Source: Tubulanus polymorphus (Eukaryota > Animalia > Nemertea). From it: DNA of 64,000 bases. Of the stretch, positions 13,611 through 27,412 are shown piece after piece. The DNA lies in the NCBI RefSeq assembly GCF_964204645.1, contig NC_134036.1:8546030-8610029 (forward strand). Reading direction: 5' to 3'. Position 1 is the first letter of the stretch. Each line of letters starts with the position of its first letter. Both the position numbers and the translations under genes were made by a program. The notes below the pieces were generated by a model. It did no database searches and was not told the DNA's origin. It worked only from the letters and a program-made list of their open reading frames with translations.

Positions 13611-14035
13611 GGGTGTGGTTATTCAGCTGGATCTGGTCACCGACTTCTGAACAATATTTTGCCGGATATTTCTCCGCGCATATGCGCAGAGAGGTGCGCG
13701 ACTTGAAGGAAGTATGGAGAAAAGAGTTTGAGAAAGCAGAGCGCATAGAGCGAGACTCGAATCCGGGTCAGTAAATTCACCTAGCGCAGCGTCTTCCAAC
13801 TAGACCACCGAGCTCGCTGAAAACCACCCGAATGTTTTAACTAGATATATAGCCCCACCTAACCCTATCCCTAGTTGTGAAACAAAACCCTGGACCCTCT
13901 TCTCACCCTCTTGACATTAACCCTATCAAAACCCTAACCCTAAACCCAATATAATGATTTTACTAATACATGATATATGGATCCGGCAAAATATCTTTTA
14001 AGTCGGTAACCAGATCTGGCTAAATAACCACTTCC
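13611..14035. mobile_element. PIF/Harbinger-like MITE carrying a tRNA-like segment and AACCCT repeats
   Basis: Imperfect TIR of about 55 bp (GGGTGTGGTTATTCAGCTGGATCTGG / CCAGATCTGGCTAAATAACCACTTCC), flanked by TAA on both sides. Confidence 0.7.
13750..13817 (-). other. tRNA-derived Pol III head-like sequence (not a functional tRNA)
   Basis: Minus strand shows an A-box-like TGGTCTAGTTGG and a B-box-like GATTCGAGTC. A second copy lies at about 32164-32229. Confidence 0.55.
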
Positions 14036-14331
14036 TAAAAATAATCGGCCGAAAATTTTAAGTTTGATTCAGGTGATTCACTAGGCGTTTGTCGTCACCG
14101 ACTGAATATTTCGGGCGATTAATGCAGTAGCCATGCCCGTACTAGGCCTAAAGCGGTGATTCACTGGCAGCACTTTGAGTATACGGCCATGGTGGCGCAC
14201 TGCCTTTTTGATTTAATAAAATAATGAAAAGGTCGGCAAAATACTGAATAGGCCGAGGCTAAGTTGGAATTTATACTAGGCCCGGAAATCTAAGGCATTA
14301 TGCATTACCCATTTTCGATTTCCATTATAAA

Positions 14332-14769
14332 AGGGTCCTCCTTATTACCGAGATGACGTAATTTACCGAGATGACAATGACGTGAAATATAGTATATTTA
14401 ACTATTCCTTATCAATTTTAACACTTGAAATAATGTTGCATCAGTAATAAATACCTTCTAGAGTCATATTTTACATATTTTTCTGGATATTTTGTAAAAA
14501 AAATTTGACTTAATCGTAATCTCGGTTAGCAATAAAATTTCATTAGATTTGATTGATCGACGATCTCATCTCAGTAAAGATATTTTTCTACAAAAATATC
14601 CGATAAAATATGTAAAATATGACTCCAGCAGGCATTTATTACTGATATAATATGATTTCAAGTGTTAAAATCGATAGGGAATAAATAAATATGTTATATT
14701 TCTTTATGTCATCTCGGTAAATACGTCATCTGATCTCGCCCTCTCAGTCTCGGGTAATAAGGAGGACCG
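14332..14769. mobile_element. Fold-back MITE (arms of about 200 bp)
   Basis: Termini GGTCCTCCTTATTACC / GGTAATAAGGAGGACC. About 14385-14500 is the approximate reverse complement of about 14580-14700. Confidence 0.8.
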
Positions 14770-17700
14770 TTATTAAATGCATTTGGATTAACGGTAAGGC
14801 TTTCTTCTTCGACGACGTGCAAATGACTTACTTGATCAATCTACTTAGAGATAATAATAGACTTTAATTCACGTTTATCGACGACGATGTATCGTAAGAT
14901 CCAGTGGGTTTTAGGTAAAAAAAGTAACGCGCGCCACGTTCACTAAAAATGCAGAATGTCGACCGATTTACGGCCAATACTGTTGATGTTCGAATCCCAG
15001 AATAAACGACCGAGTGTTAACGCGCTCGCCCTTCTAGCGATGAGTATCTAAGAAGGGTTACCATAATATAGTATACTATAACACGGGGCGATAGACTATC
15101 GAATGAAGGTTTACCCTTCTTTAATAAAGTATCGGAGAAGAGGATGTGTATCGGGTGCATTCATTCAATTTACTTTGCGGCTTTACAACGGCTATTTCAC
15201 TGGTTCTGCGTGATGAGATAATTCTGATTAAAGTTATTGTTATAATTTCTATATGTATATACGTAATGATACTCTTTCTGAATAAAGGATGCACGTTATT
15301 CGAATCCCCACCATTGTTCTCTACAATGTACGTTAATCAAACTCACGATAAAACCAGAGCCAAAACCATGGACTCAAAAACGAAGAATCCGTGGTCAAAC
15401 ATACAATTCTAATTTCCCCGTTAGTTCACTGATGCCGTCAGTTTCTATCGAATGCAAGGATTCTAGCCAATCAGAGAGGCGCATGTACACATCCATTGGC
15501 ATGTTAGTTATAGTACAACTTAGACAATAATCAAGGTTCGAGCCAATGTCAGTAACTAGAATATGTTCTTTCATCAAATACAAATAACTCAGCAGTAGTC
15601 AGTTAGTTGAGTTTGTTTGACTTGATTTGTATTTCATCAATCAATCTATTTCATTTTATTTCAAAGTACAAACTAAACGCTTGAATTGCTTATAACACGA
15701 CCAGGTATGAATTAGAATAGATCGGCTTAATATTTCGAATGCAAATTTGGCGTTTAAGCAATCGGAAATTCGAAGTGCTTGAGAAATTTTTCAATACGCC
15801 CATTACTTCGAATAGCGATAAGTTCATTGACACATGTGACCATTGTTGTGTTACTTTCGATAGCGAGTCGAATAAGCTATGCGACAGCTAACGACAGCAC
15901 AATCGCAATATCAACAGAAGTTCATTTTATCCTACATGATGAGGCTAAATTCAGTGAAATCGATCGTGTTCTGAAATATATATTTTCCTGGATACATGTT
16001 GTCTATTGTAGCTATTCTATGCGGTTTTACATTAACCTGCTATAACATATTGACCGTTTTCAAGAACCCAAAAATTACAATTTTCTGGGTATCTGTTTTT
16101 TTTTTCAAAAACAACCCAAACCCGAAATTGTGTACAGTTAGTACGCAGCGTATATACTGTCGGATTAGAGAATATTGAAAAAACTTAGAAAAAGTTCAGT
16201 GAAGGAAAATAAGCTCAGCAGTGACAAATTGTCATTTCATCCCCTGCACGTGATTAATTGATGTCCAAATATCTTCTACCGTGAAAACTCTGCATTTAGC
16301 GTCAAACGAATTTTTGTATACGTATCTCAGGATGCATGCTCTTCAAAAAGGTAGCCTATTAGGAAAAAACTTACCCGGTAAAATCCTAATTTGTCCTAAA
16401 CGATATTCCAACTATTATTTTGTTAATTATTCAACTATCATCACTAACTGGGTAAGTTAGTTGAACTTACATAAAGATATTTCATTAGGGACACTTCAAT
16501 TTCACACCATTCAATATCATAAGGGAACAAAATTCTTTGAAACTTGGTAGTTCTTAAGACTAGGTTTTGTTTCCGAAATTTACTAAATGTACCAATTCTA
16601 ATAATTCACTCATTGAAGCTTCTATATATAAAAAGCGAAAGCTCGTGCGTCGGAATAAATAGTTAACCTTTAAACTACTACTCGTCTCTTCGTTTAAATT
16701 CAAATAATATAAGTCTTTATTGATTCTTTTTTGTTGAAATATGCATAACTTTTTCTGGGCAAATTTCTATATTCTGTCAAGTCATGGACTCTAAAACGAT
16801 TTAGACATTAAAACGTTTTAGAGTCCATGTTTGGCTATAACGAATATGACTAACTCCCTGGGGCAACGATGTGGCTGATGAAATGATCTCTCCCATTGTA
16901 ATCCCACCATTTAATTACTCATTGTATAACAACTCTCGCAATTAAGCCTCGGACTCTTAAACGAATTATGAGTGCATGCTTTAGTATAGGCTCTGATATA
17001 CCGGGTAGAGCATATTGTCTTGATTTAGAACATGTATGCATAAACTCTAGGCTGCAAAGAAATACGTTTTCAGCGGCTCTAATCGAGTTAAATTTTTCGT
17101 GATAGATTAACACAGAAAGGCGACACCCAATCGCTGCTTATTGACATTAGGCACAAGTCACTGTTATGTTCATTAGTAAAACTAATATAGAATGAATAAG
17201 TGAGGAGGGAAAATGTATAAATTAAATTTATAAATGAATTTATAAGAATTTAGCATGCATCGGAGTGCACTTAAATTGGATTATTACAAAATAACTCACT
17301 TCAAAATTTATGATATTGTTTCATTGATATTTATTACTTTAAAGCAATTCACTTTAAGAACTTTGGTCAACAATAAGTCTGACCTGCAAATCAAATCATC
17401 GGGAGACAAAATACTGTTTCAAAAAATTATATTGCTAATACATTCCTAATCTTAACCTTTCGCCATAAACCTACTGGATTTAGAGCCTGGGGCATTTTAG
17501 ATGGTTGTAGGTAGAAATCCCCTAGGTAAAATCCTCACCTGACGATTTTTCAAGAACATTTGAAAGCACGATATTTATTCAAACATATTCCTCCACAATA
17601 CAACTGCAATATATTTGAACTGTGCATTGAACTATTTTGTTGAAATAAATCTTTAAATAAATTCATAGAATAAATGAAATTAATGAACTTTTTATTCATA

Positions 17701-17789
17701 CTACCTTTTCATATTTTTATTCATACTATCTTTTCATATTTTTATTCATACTATCTTTTAATTCGAAATAAATAACTCTTTTTTACTTG

Positions 17790-20700
17790 TGGTATAGTAT
17801 GCTTATGATATGGATTCGATTTACGTATCAATATGTTCATGTTGACAGGGGCCTGATGATGGCTAATAGCATTAGCCGAAACATTGCTCGTAGAACATTT
17901 GATTTTTAGCTGAATTCATTGTGGGATTTGTCTCATTATTCACCATACACGGATATTGTGTATTTTCTTCTCATTTTCATGTTGGTTTTGAACAACTTAA
18001 ATTTTGCGATTCTAATACCTTATTAACTTTAGATGACAGTAATACCTTCAATTTACATTTAACATATGATCACTGCTGAAAGTGTAATAAGGAATATATA
18101 TTTACTCCAGTGACAATATTTTGATTCAAAGATTTAATTCAATCATCTAGTCTGAGTCTTTATGGTAAAACTTCTGGCTAACCAAGAGCTAACCGAATTC
18201 CGACAATAGAAGGTGGTCGCTTGAAAATTAGTTAATTTACGCAACAGGAATCTATCTTGATTTCAAGGGCACTTCAATTAATCGTTTCAATAGTGACCAC
18301 TGTAAATTAGCCAGTAGTTTAAATGACCGAATTCAATCAACCGATTCGTATCCTAAGAATGAGAATTGTATCTAACCACAGTAGTTATTCCTCATCAAAC
18401 GTTCGGTCATCATATTATACATCTATACATCATTACTATCATCTTCAGTTAATAGAAGTGCAATAAAATCTAGAATCTATGAGTTGAGATTTTTTAAACA
18501 TAATAAATTGTGTTGATTTTATGTTAGTTAAATCAAATATTGGGAATATTTTACCGGGGGATTTTCACTTTGGGGATAATAACCTAAATTATTTTATATC
18601 ATCGGTTTTCATTAAGAAAAAAAAACAACTATCAATCTTAACTACACTTATTTTATTCCTTTTGGAACATTAAGATTCTTTCATTGAATTTAATATGTTA
18701 TTTCGTACAATAGTTCATCACAGTGCGTCATTCACGCTTAAATGTACAAAACTTCTTTACAGAGTTCAAAATATAAACCAACAATCTCATCTCAAGCGTG
18801 TACTAGCGCTGACGCTATGGGATAAAACCAAGTCTCGATTCATTGCCTAAAATGTGGGTACATTCATTCAAATCAGGACTAAAATACGCTTATATGAATA
18901 TCTTGCATGATATCATTTTACATTACGGGTGTCTCATAGGCCTGGTTTTACTTGTACATTGTCATCAATTAATTAAACATCCCAAGTAACTTCGTTATTT
19001 ACTTATGGCTTAATCACTGGTATTCAATAGCTAGTCGGCTATAGAAAGACTAACCCGATAAAATTCCATTAACCGTTCGTCCACAGTCGAACACTCGCGG
19101 GTTAATTCGCAACGATTTTAAAGAAAGAAAATGATTGCATGAAATCTAGTTTTCGTATCAATCGGCGTCCAATCTCTTAAACCATCCTAAACACAGTAGT
19201 TTAGTAGTTTGTGTCTATTTGCTTTTGCTGATGTCATTTAACATAACAATGGAAATGTATTCGTTTATTTGGAAATTATATGAAGATATGGAGTAATCAT
19301 GTGACAAATCAAATTATTACTGCAAGGCAAAACATAGCGCACTTCAGATATATGATATGGCCTTAAAGACTTTTCATATATTAACAGTCCAGTTTAACGT
19401 CTATTGATATGAATAGTTCAGTTTTGATATGACTGTCGCAACAGTTGGAATAAAACGTATGAAATCTAGGAGCATTTATCTCATGAAATTTAGATTTGAG
19501 ATAATTGTATTGTATTGTATGAGGATTAAACATTTCAATGGCTGGTGATTATTTGTGATGAAATAATCAGTGAGATGGACTGTTGATGTAGCCCTGATTG
19601 AGGCACTCGGGTCAAATAATATTTTTAGATACAACAGTGCATTTGTTAAAGCAGAACACATGATTTTAAACTAAATATAAGTAGCTAAACCGTTAATTTT
19701 CATTCCTAACTTTTTCATCACTCCCGATTATCAAAAATAATTCAACAGTTTGATTAACGGATAGTTGCAGTTAACAACATTTCTATCTGATAGAGAAGGT
19801 ATACAGGTATACAGAGGAACAAGAAAAGAACATCCAACTAGACACTGAAAAATCTTTATTCGGGTTTTTTACCAGGGGCCTTTACCTTGGGGTATATTTC
19901 ACTAGGGGATTTTTACTGAAAGGGACCTTTACGGGGCGAGTTTTTACCCGATCACATCGATTATTGAATGACATGTTCGATAAAATCATGACAAAAACTG
20001 GTATCACTTGTACAATTTGCTAATTTTTGCTATTCGGGTGGTTCTGTAGATTATTGACTATACCGTTGGTAACTGAATAGCTATTTGTATCACTGATCGG
20101 ACTGTGATGTGAAAATATAGCTTTGACAAAACCACAACGAGAAATGAATCAAATGCAATATTTGACTCGAAAACGAGCTTAACCATGGATTCAGTAACGT
20201 TTTTTTACAGTCCATGGCTGAAATGACGCTATTGAAAAAATCAATGAGAAATACTGCCTCCGATTTTTATAACGAAAATATAGGAATGAATTCCGAACAG
20301 AATCAAATCAGGTTGTTCTTATTGGTATTGTGTATACATTTCATTTATTAGATATTTCAAGTAATTCGTGTAATTAGGAAAAACTCGATCCAATAATGGG
20401 TTTTTCTTTCAGTTTTAAGTAATTTACAACTTACCAAATATGGACTTCATGGTTTGACATTAAAACCAGTGAGCATTATGGTATCAAGTTCAACCAAAAT
20501 TGATTACGATCGGCCTTTCGTAGAATCTCCCTGAAGGTCACAATTTTAGTAAATTGACCTTGGGAGGTTTAAACCTCCCGAATCCAATTAGCAAAATATC
20601 GGTCCTCTATGTCGGCGACAATAAAAGTACCCTGCGCGTAACTTTCTATTGTGCGCCTGCCGCGTTTTGGGCACGAGTAGCTTACGTAATCTTAATTGAA

Positions 20701-20900
20701 AGTTGAGATCACAGGCAGATATTGAGGTCTATGGCCCACACAAAACATCATAAATTGGTCAGGAAATAAAGTGTTTTGTGGTATAGATGACACGTTTGTA
20801 CGATTTTACACTGTAAATTTATCATTTTTCAGGACTTTCAGGACCTAAAATCAGCAATATTTTTGATACAAACTGAGAAAGTATCAAAACATTTGAGAAC
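17790..20900. repeat. Segmental duplication, copy A
   Basis: Colinear and highly similar to 46530-48568 plus 53552-54560. A more diverged partial copy lies at about 23930-25060. Confidence 0.92.
17830..17900 (+). ncRNA. Hammerhead ribozyme core motif (type I-like, probable Penelope-like-element relic)
   Basis: CTGATGA (17853-17859), then a perfect 7-bp stem II GGCTAAT/ATTAGCC, then GAAAC. Stems I and III are weak. Confidence 0.55.
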
Positions 20901-21020
20901 GCGTTAAATGTACAGTTTGTCCTACTCTCGTTTGCCTGATTTCCCCGGTGATGGGGAAGTCATATAATAAATTGTACGGGATTTATCCTCTTTTGATGAC
21001 GTATTTTTGTTTTCTCGCAG

Positions 21021-21148
21021 ATATCGACGATTGTTTGTTAGCGCCGTGCGGTGCTGAATCCGCTACCACGTGTACGGATAAACTGAACGATTACGAATGT
21101 AGCGCTTGTAACAGCGATGACGTGTTATACGAAAACAAGTGTCATAGT
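21021..21148 (+). CDS. Exon encoding a calcium-binding EGF-like domain; 3' end disrupted by an LTR-like insertion
   Basis: Polypyrimidine-CAG acceptor followed by DIDDCLLAPCGAESATTCTDKLNDYECSAC. Confidence 0.65.
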
Positions 21149-22525
21149 ACTGATCCGCAGCAAGATTCCGTAGTAACTAAAAATATTTGTAATGATGGTT
21201 TTTGTTTGCGTTGGTGGTTTCTTTATGGGTATCAGACAGCAAACGATGTGTGCAAGTTGTTGTTTGATGCTTTGATCTACCAGCGCTGACAATAAATCAG
21301 CCAGGGGTAAAAATAATTCTTCCTCGGTTCTTGTGCTGCGATATCTGGCAAACATTCAGAATTATTTTTAAACTTAAGGATAGACGGAACTGTAATTGGT
21401 TGGGTCGGAACGATGAGGTGCTTTGATAGTGTGGTTTGTGCAGGGATCTCGCTGTTACTTCTTGATACTCCCGACTACTTTCTATAAAAGGAAGAACCGG
21501 AAGTATAGGAAGACATGGTTGTTTTGCTTTATCCTGTATTATTATAGAGTTAGTTAAATTATAAATGAAAATTGGTATAATAAGTATAGAATGATTTTAG
21601 ATTTGATAATTAATTACATTGTATTTCTGAATCAAAAGTTTACTATTGTTGATTGGAAAAAGAAACGATGAGTTTGTTCCATAATTTAGGTGAAAACTAA
21701 GTTTTGAAAATATATCTAAATTAAGTATCCTGGATGTTAATTAAGGACAAGACCTTTATAATCGCTTAAGTTTTATTGAAGTTTAATTGTGGCAAATATC
21801 AATACTAGCTCTCTAAGGTTTCTGTTGGTGTACATGTCTGTTGGTAACTCGTAGAGAATAGCTGCTCTCTCAACGATGATGAGTAGGGAGTGAGTAAATC
21901 AAAGCGCGTTATGACAGGAGGGTTGGAAAGAAAAGTTACTTTGGCAAATCAGTTTCTCAAATAATTTTAGATTAGCGAATCATTAAGGCTAATTCTACAT
22001 GTCCAAAACCGTCATGACAGCTAGGTTGCTGCTCCTTGCCAAAAGTCGAACGGGAGAGTCGGCATTCTAGGAATGCCGATCTTTTCCATAAAAGAGGCCC
22101 GCAGTCTTGAGAAAGCAGACTTACCAGGGACGCTCGTTAAGATACTTGAGATTTGGGTGGAAATAACAGAATTAAGACGGGTTACCAACAGTAGTGTACA
22201 ATAGGAATTTGGAGTTAGGAATTGGACTGTGTACTATCTGGAGATATTACTATCATCAAGGTAAATAAAATCTATATTATTATTATTATATTCAATCAGA
22301 ATTTCGGCATTTTAGTTTAATTATTTGGGTTTGTGCACGGACACGTTCTCTCGCCAGGGACCGATCTTTACGTTTTTATATTCAACGATTAAGGAGAGGA
22401 TTGTGACCGGTGTATCAGTACGTATAACAACTATACAGCCATTTCTGCCGATTGAACCCTGCATTCCCGCTCATTTTCACTCGCAGGATTTCAGCTTAGA
22501 CGATGGTCCAGTTAAGAATATCACA
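21149..22525. mobile_element. Probable solo LTR; a related partial copy lies at about 26893-27410
   Basis: Both copies begin TGATCCGCAGC and share GAATAGCTG..TCTCTC..CGATGAT, ATTTTAGAT.AGCGAATCA and ATAAAAG.GGCCCG. This copy ends ATCACA. No TSD found. Confidence 0.4.
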
Positions 22526-22982
22526 TTCTGAATTGAAAGCGAAACTACTAACACCAGACATCGGTTAATATAGAAACCTGCTATATACGGATTAAAATAC
22601 GGTTTAAAATCGAGAATTCATTCGATCGAACATAATTGAACAGACACGACGGTTCGATCACACAATAGAGATCGTCGTCGGGTGTGAGATGAATGATTGT
22701 ATCATGTATGAGAATGATCTCTAGTTTGAGGTCAAAACGTTAATTAAACGAATAAATATTTAACGGGATTTTATCTGTTCTCCCCGTTTGAGTGTGGTTA
22801 TTCTACTACCACGCATCATCATTTCATCAACGCACTTTCAAAAACCGATCGTTCCGAATTTCACGTTTCACCTAAACTAAAATGAACTACAGACGCCCGA
22901 CATTAAACACATTTTCCAAGTAGTAGTTGTAGTCGTCAGTTCACACGTGTTCAGGACATCACTGAGGTATGTTTATTTGAAA

Positions 22983-23331
22983 ATCATCCTCGCTTGCGAG
23001 GGTTTTATTGCCACCCCTGGAGCCCGCGCCAACACGAACCCTGGCCGCAAACCTTTCATTTGATTATTACATCGCCCACGATTCCTTGGGCGGACAGGTT
23101 CCAACTCGGCGGCCACCAGTCTATATATCTAGCCAATAAGATGCGTGGTATTTAAAGAGCGGACGTCGTGCCGATGAAAATGCAACTGATTGGCTAGATA
23201 TATAGACTAGTGGGCGCTGAACCCAAGAAATCGAGGGTGATGTAATAAACCAATAAAGGGTTTGCGGCCAGGGTTTGTATAAGCGTAAGCTTCAGCGAGC
23301 GGTAATCGAAACCCTGGCAAGCGAGGGTGAT
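22983..23331. mobile_element. Palindromic MITE
   Basis: Termini ATCATCCTCGCTTGCGAGGG / CCCTGGCAAGCGAGGGTGAT; the internal arms are also inverted (AGTCTATATATCTAGCCAAT / ATTGGCTAGATATATAGACT). Confidence 0.75.
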
Positions 23332-23568
23332 TGAAACTAAACTACAAACCGGCTGACATTACACATAACAGCACGTTTTGAAAAATAGATCGTCCACACT
23401 TCACATGTATTCAGCACATCGGGCAAGATATTTCCAATTGAAAGTTAGACATTTTATTAGTGCATTTTCAAACGCATAATTACGAACGTGATATATATGT
23501 AGGTGCTGAAATCCGATTGTTTCCTTTCCAATAAGTTACGAATCATTTGAATGTTGAATTTTACGCAG

Positions 23569-23691
23569 GTTGCGGTTGTGAATTTGACTGCAGTGTTTCC
23601 GGGGAAGCCGCCCGTGGATACGAGTGTCAATGCTCGTGGGAAGCGGGTTATATATTTTTCATCAACCATTGCCAGTCGAAAATTGTTAAAG
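23569..23691 (+). CDS. Symmetric phase-1 exon encoding an EGF-like module
   Basis: 123 nt between CAG and GTAAGC, reading GCGCEFDCSVSGEAARGYECQCSWEAGYIFFINHCQSKIVK. Confidence 0.6.
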
Positions 23692-25337
23692 GTAAGCCAC
23701 GCCACCCTGCTATTCAAGTACAGTGTTTATGAAAAACAAAATGTTCTACTAGTTTGAGGGTTAGTTAAGTATTGAATTAAATCGTAATAAGAATTTTGAT
23801 GAATGGGCTACGCTTGATCATTTAAGTTCATTCTATCTTTTATCAATATAAAACAGTCCCTTAAAGAGTCCTTTTTATCTAAAACGTTTGAAATGGCGAA
23901 TAAGTCGGCTCCATAAATTGATGTAAATGTTCATATGACGGTCGCACCGGTTGAAATAAAACCTATGAAATCTAGGAGCTATTATCTCAAAAATTATGAT
24001 TTTATAGAGATTATTGCGCATTCTTGTAGTATGAGGATTAAACATTTCTATGGCTGGTGATTGTTTGCAATGAGGTGGACCGTTGATTTAGCCTGAGGCA
24101 CTCGGTAAAGTAGTTTCAGATACTTTAGATATGGAACTTACCTCAAAAACATATACGAGAGAGTGAGTCAATTCAAATCGTTACGAAAATACTTAAAACG
24201 CATATCTTTAATGGAACTAACAACTGAAATGTTTTAGCTCAATGGAATACTTTCTTCTATCCGATGATAATGTTTTAGTATATTACTTTGTAAGCGCTTT
24301 AAGTCATTATGAGATTAAGCGCTATATAAAGATGAATTCTATTATTATCATTATCATGGATGAATTAATGCGTTTGTTAGAGCAAAACAAAACAACAAAA
24401 AAACAGAATTCTATACTAAAAACTCGCTAAACCGATGATTTAATACATTTTTATTCTAACTTTCATACAAGGACGCCAGTTCATTCAACGAATAGTCGCA
24501 GCTAACAAAATCTCTACGTATCTAATAATGAATCTAACATGACTTTTTCCTTTCGGTTTTAAATTTCTAATAACTTTTTACCAAATAGGGACTTCGTGGT
24601 TTGACTTTCAAACCAATGAGAATTGTGGTATCGGCTTCAACTAAATTTGATTACGATTAGAATGGCCACGATCTCTTTTTACACCCCTCCCGAATCCAAT
24701 TTGCGAATATCGCTCCCCTTTGTCGACGATAATGAAAGAACATATAGTGCGCAGTTTCTGCTGTGCGAATTCCGCGTTTTGTTCACGAATAGCCTACGTA
24801 ATCTGACTAAAACTCCTTAAACTGGTCCGTAAATAAATCAATTTCATTTTCCATTTTTAATTATAATAATCGCACAGAGTAATACAAATACAAAAATTCA
24901 AAATGGAGTGACACATGAAGAAATCGGTAAAGTGTTTTGTGGTATAGATGACACGTTTATATGGATTTATGTGTAAAATTATCAACCTTTCAGGACTATA
25001 TGACAAATAATTGGTACTTTGATACAAACTGGGAAAGGATCAAAACTTAATGGGAATGCGTTATAAATGAATGACATTCCTAATGAGTGTATGGAATGTT
25101 TTTGCTGGAAATTGATTTGCTAGCGAGAAAAGTTCGTTCGAGTTCGATCAAAATGTATAAGAAATTGAATCGCGGCAACCACTAGCGAACCTGGCGGATC
25201 CTCCTTGCCTGCAATTGCGTGGTACCAGCGTTTGAAAGCGGTTTTCCCGGGCTTGCTTATCCGGCACAAATCCCGTGCGCGGATCAAAAACGCTCGCGTC
25301 ATCGCGTTATTAATGGCTCCGATGTGTTTTCTTGCAG

Positions 25338-25427
25338 ATATACACCAACTCTAGTGATAACAAGCCAAACAGGGCGCAGGGAGATTGCGTGGACATCGAA
25401 CGCGACGATGGTGGATGGAACGATTGA
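25338..25427 (+). pseudogene. Degenerate C-type-lectin-like exon
   Basis: After a TTCTTGCAG acceptor it reads IYTNSSDNKPNRAQGDCVDIERDDGGWND* (PN..DCV..WND motif), with a stop before the final Cys. Confidence 0.4.
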
Positions 25428-26544
25428 AATCCTTTAATTATTATAATTTTTAGATAAACTGGAAATAAAACGATGACTACTCAGCTCACTACACATGTAT
25501 ACACGCAGTTGTTGTTATTGAGATTGTATTTACAAGCTCTGAAAGCCCATTCACTGGCGATATCACCACTTGCGGCATGGTGAGGTTATCCGATAGATAT
25601 CGCAGTAGTCGTCACCTGACAGATGACACTTGACTCTGGTCATTGTGGTGTATATTATATTGAGATAGTACCGAAGTAGATTAGTTATATATTATTATAA
25701 AATAATTTTTTACCATTTACCGACAAAACGTGTCTCGTACAAAAAAAAACATGTACGATACGTACGATTTTCGAGTGAAGAAAACGAGACATACATTCGA
25801 TTTATGAACTTAGAAATGATGATACGTTCGATTTTTTTTTCCTCATGTCCCCAGGACGCTTCCGTACTAACCCGCGAAGTTGAATCGGTGAAAATATTTC
25901 CTTTTTTTGTCGAAAAGAACCCTTTTTTCGTTCGAAATCTATTTGACTCATAGACTCACCAGGATTCCTTTCAAATTGATCATAACTTGACGAGCTAAAC
26001 GGTGTTATTTCGTTTATTTCTTATCGAAAATTAATCGAATTGTTTTCAATTCATTCGGTAAAATGAACTTAATGAAATTCCGTTAGTTTTTTATCATCTT
26101 ATGAGTCTTAATTTTACGTAACAAATTTTTATTAAAAACCTAATGAATATCAAAGGGGTCATGAAGAGGTTTTTGAGATATGGCTAAAAGTAATGTTTAG
26201 CACCGATTACAACCTCTTAATTGGTTTAGTGGTTTGAAATAGATTTGTTAAAACTATTGGAGAGGACAGATATAGACATCGCAGAAAGTCGTGTGGACAG
26301 ATATAGTCTGTACTAGACCCTAAAAGCGTCCTGAAACCGTAGATTCGTTCGCGTTGTATCTCACCCATAAAGCACACAAATATCCAACCAGTATAGTTTA
26401 CACACCATAGCGATGTGGGTCACTGGATAAAGCCAGTACAGGCGCAGTGGAATGCATGTATCTCTTACTAGATATTGAATATTACGGGAAAAAAGTGTTT
26501 CATTCGTCTAAAAACAATATCAGTTTTGGATGTATTACTACATT

Positions 26545-26880
26545 GACGCATTCTCCCCTGGCAGGGATTCGAACCTGATGGCATCGAGATTGCCACGGTA
26601 CGAAACACTGCCACACCAGACCGAGTGCGCAGCTACATGCGTAGCTAAGATGAGTCATCACCAGCCAATCAAGAATCCCGTTTTATTTTAGCCCGGGTTT
26701 TCACATTTATAGCTCTTCTGTGAAATTTACCTCAGCGATAATACAACGAACAATCTGATTGATCTGATTAGTGCCGCAAGTTTTCGCGCGGCCAAGCCGC
26801 GCATGTATCTGCGCACCCGGTCTACTGTGGCCGAGGTTCGTGCCGTGGGTGGATGACACTGAGATGGCATCTATAATGAT
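26545..26880. mobile_element. Short repeat with two inverted Pol III/tRNA-like arms
   Basis: GGCAGGGATTCGAACCTGATGGCATCGAGATTGCCACGGTACGAAACACTGCCACAC is identical at about 27424; the minus strand has B-box GGTTCGAATCC. Confidence 0.6.
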
Positions 26881-27412
26881 ATCGGATATAATAGTGATCC
26901 GCAGCCTGGTTTCTATAGCAGTTAAACTGTTCGTAATGTTGGTTTCTTGTGTGCGTCAGACAATAGACAACGGACGTCGCAGTTAGAATTACAGAAGTTG
27001 TTGTTCGATGCTTTTTTATCTCCCGGCGCAGACCATAAATCAGCCTATAAATTGTTACTAGCTTCCTGAAGTTTCTGTTGTTTGTACACGCCCGATGGTA
27101 ATTCACGGGGAATAGCTGTTCTCTCTGAGCGATGATAACCGAGGAGTCAGTAAATCAATACGAATCGTGACAAGAGGATTGGTTGGAAAGAGTTAGTTCG
27201 GCAAGTCAGTTTCCAAAATTATTTTAGATCAGCGAATCAGCGGCTAGATTATTCATTATTCGTAAACAAAAACTGTAGTGAGCAGTCGTGACGTTGGGTT
27301 GCTTGCTCCTTACCAAAATTAGAGTCCCGTGAGTAGGTGAATCTGTATTTCAGTAATGTAGATTCTCTACTATAAAAGGGGCCCGAGAGTCTTGACGACG
27401 CCGAGTTCGATC

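Noticed and set aside
13750-13817. Functional tRNA gene
   Set aside because: No convincing cloverleaf or acceptor stem; it is embedded in a dispersed repeat.
13855-13950. Telomere or interstitial telomeric array
   Set aside because: Only a few degenerate AACCCT units inside a MITE.
14800-20900. Short 60-90 aa ORFs in the ORF track
   Set aside because: No motifs, and the frames differ in length and ends between the duplicated copies (e.g. 19476-19661 versus 48095-48379).
23551-23757. 68-aa ORF (VAVVNLTAVFPGKPP...) as the coding frame
   Set aside because: The overlapping Cys-rich frame fits a symmetric phase-1 EGF exon better.
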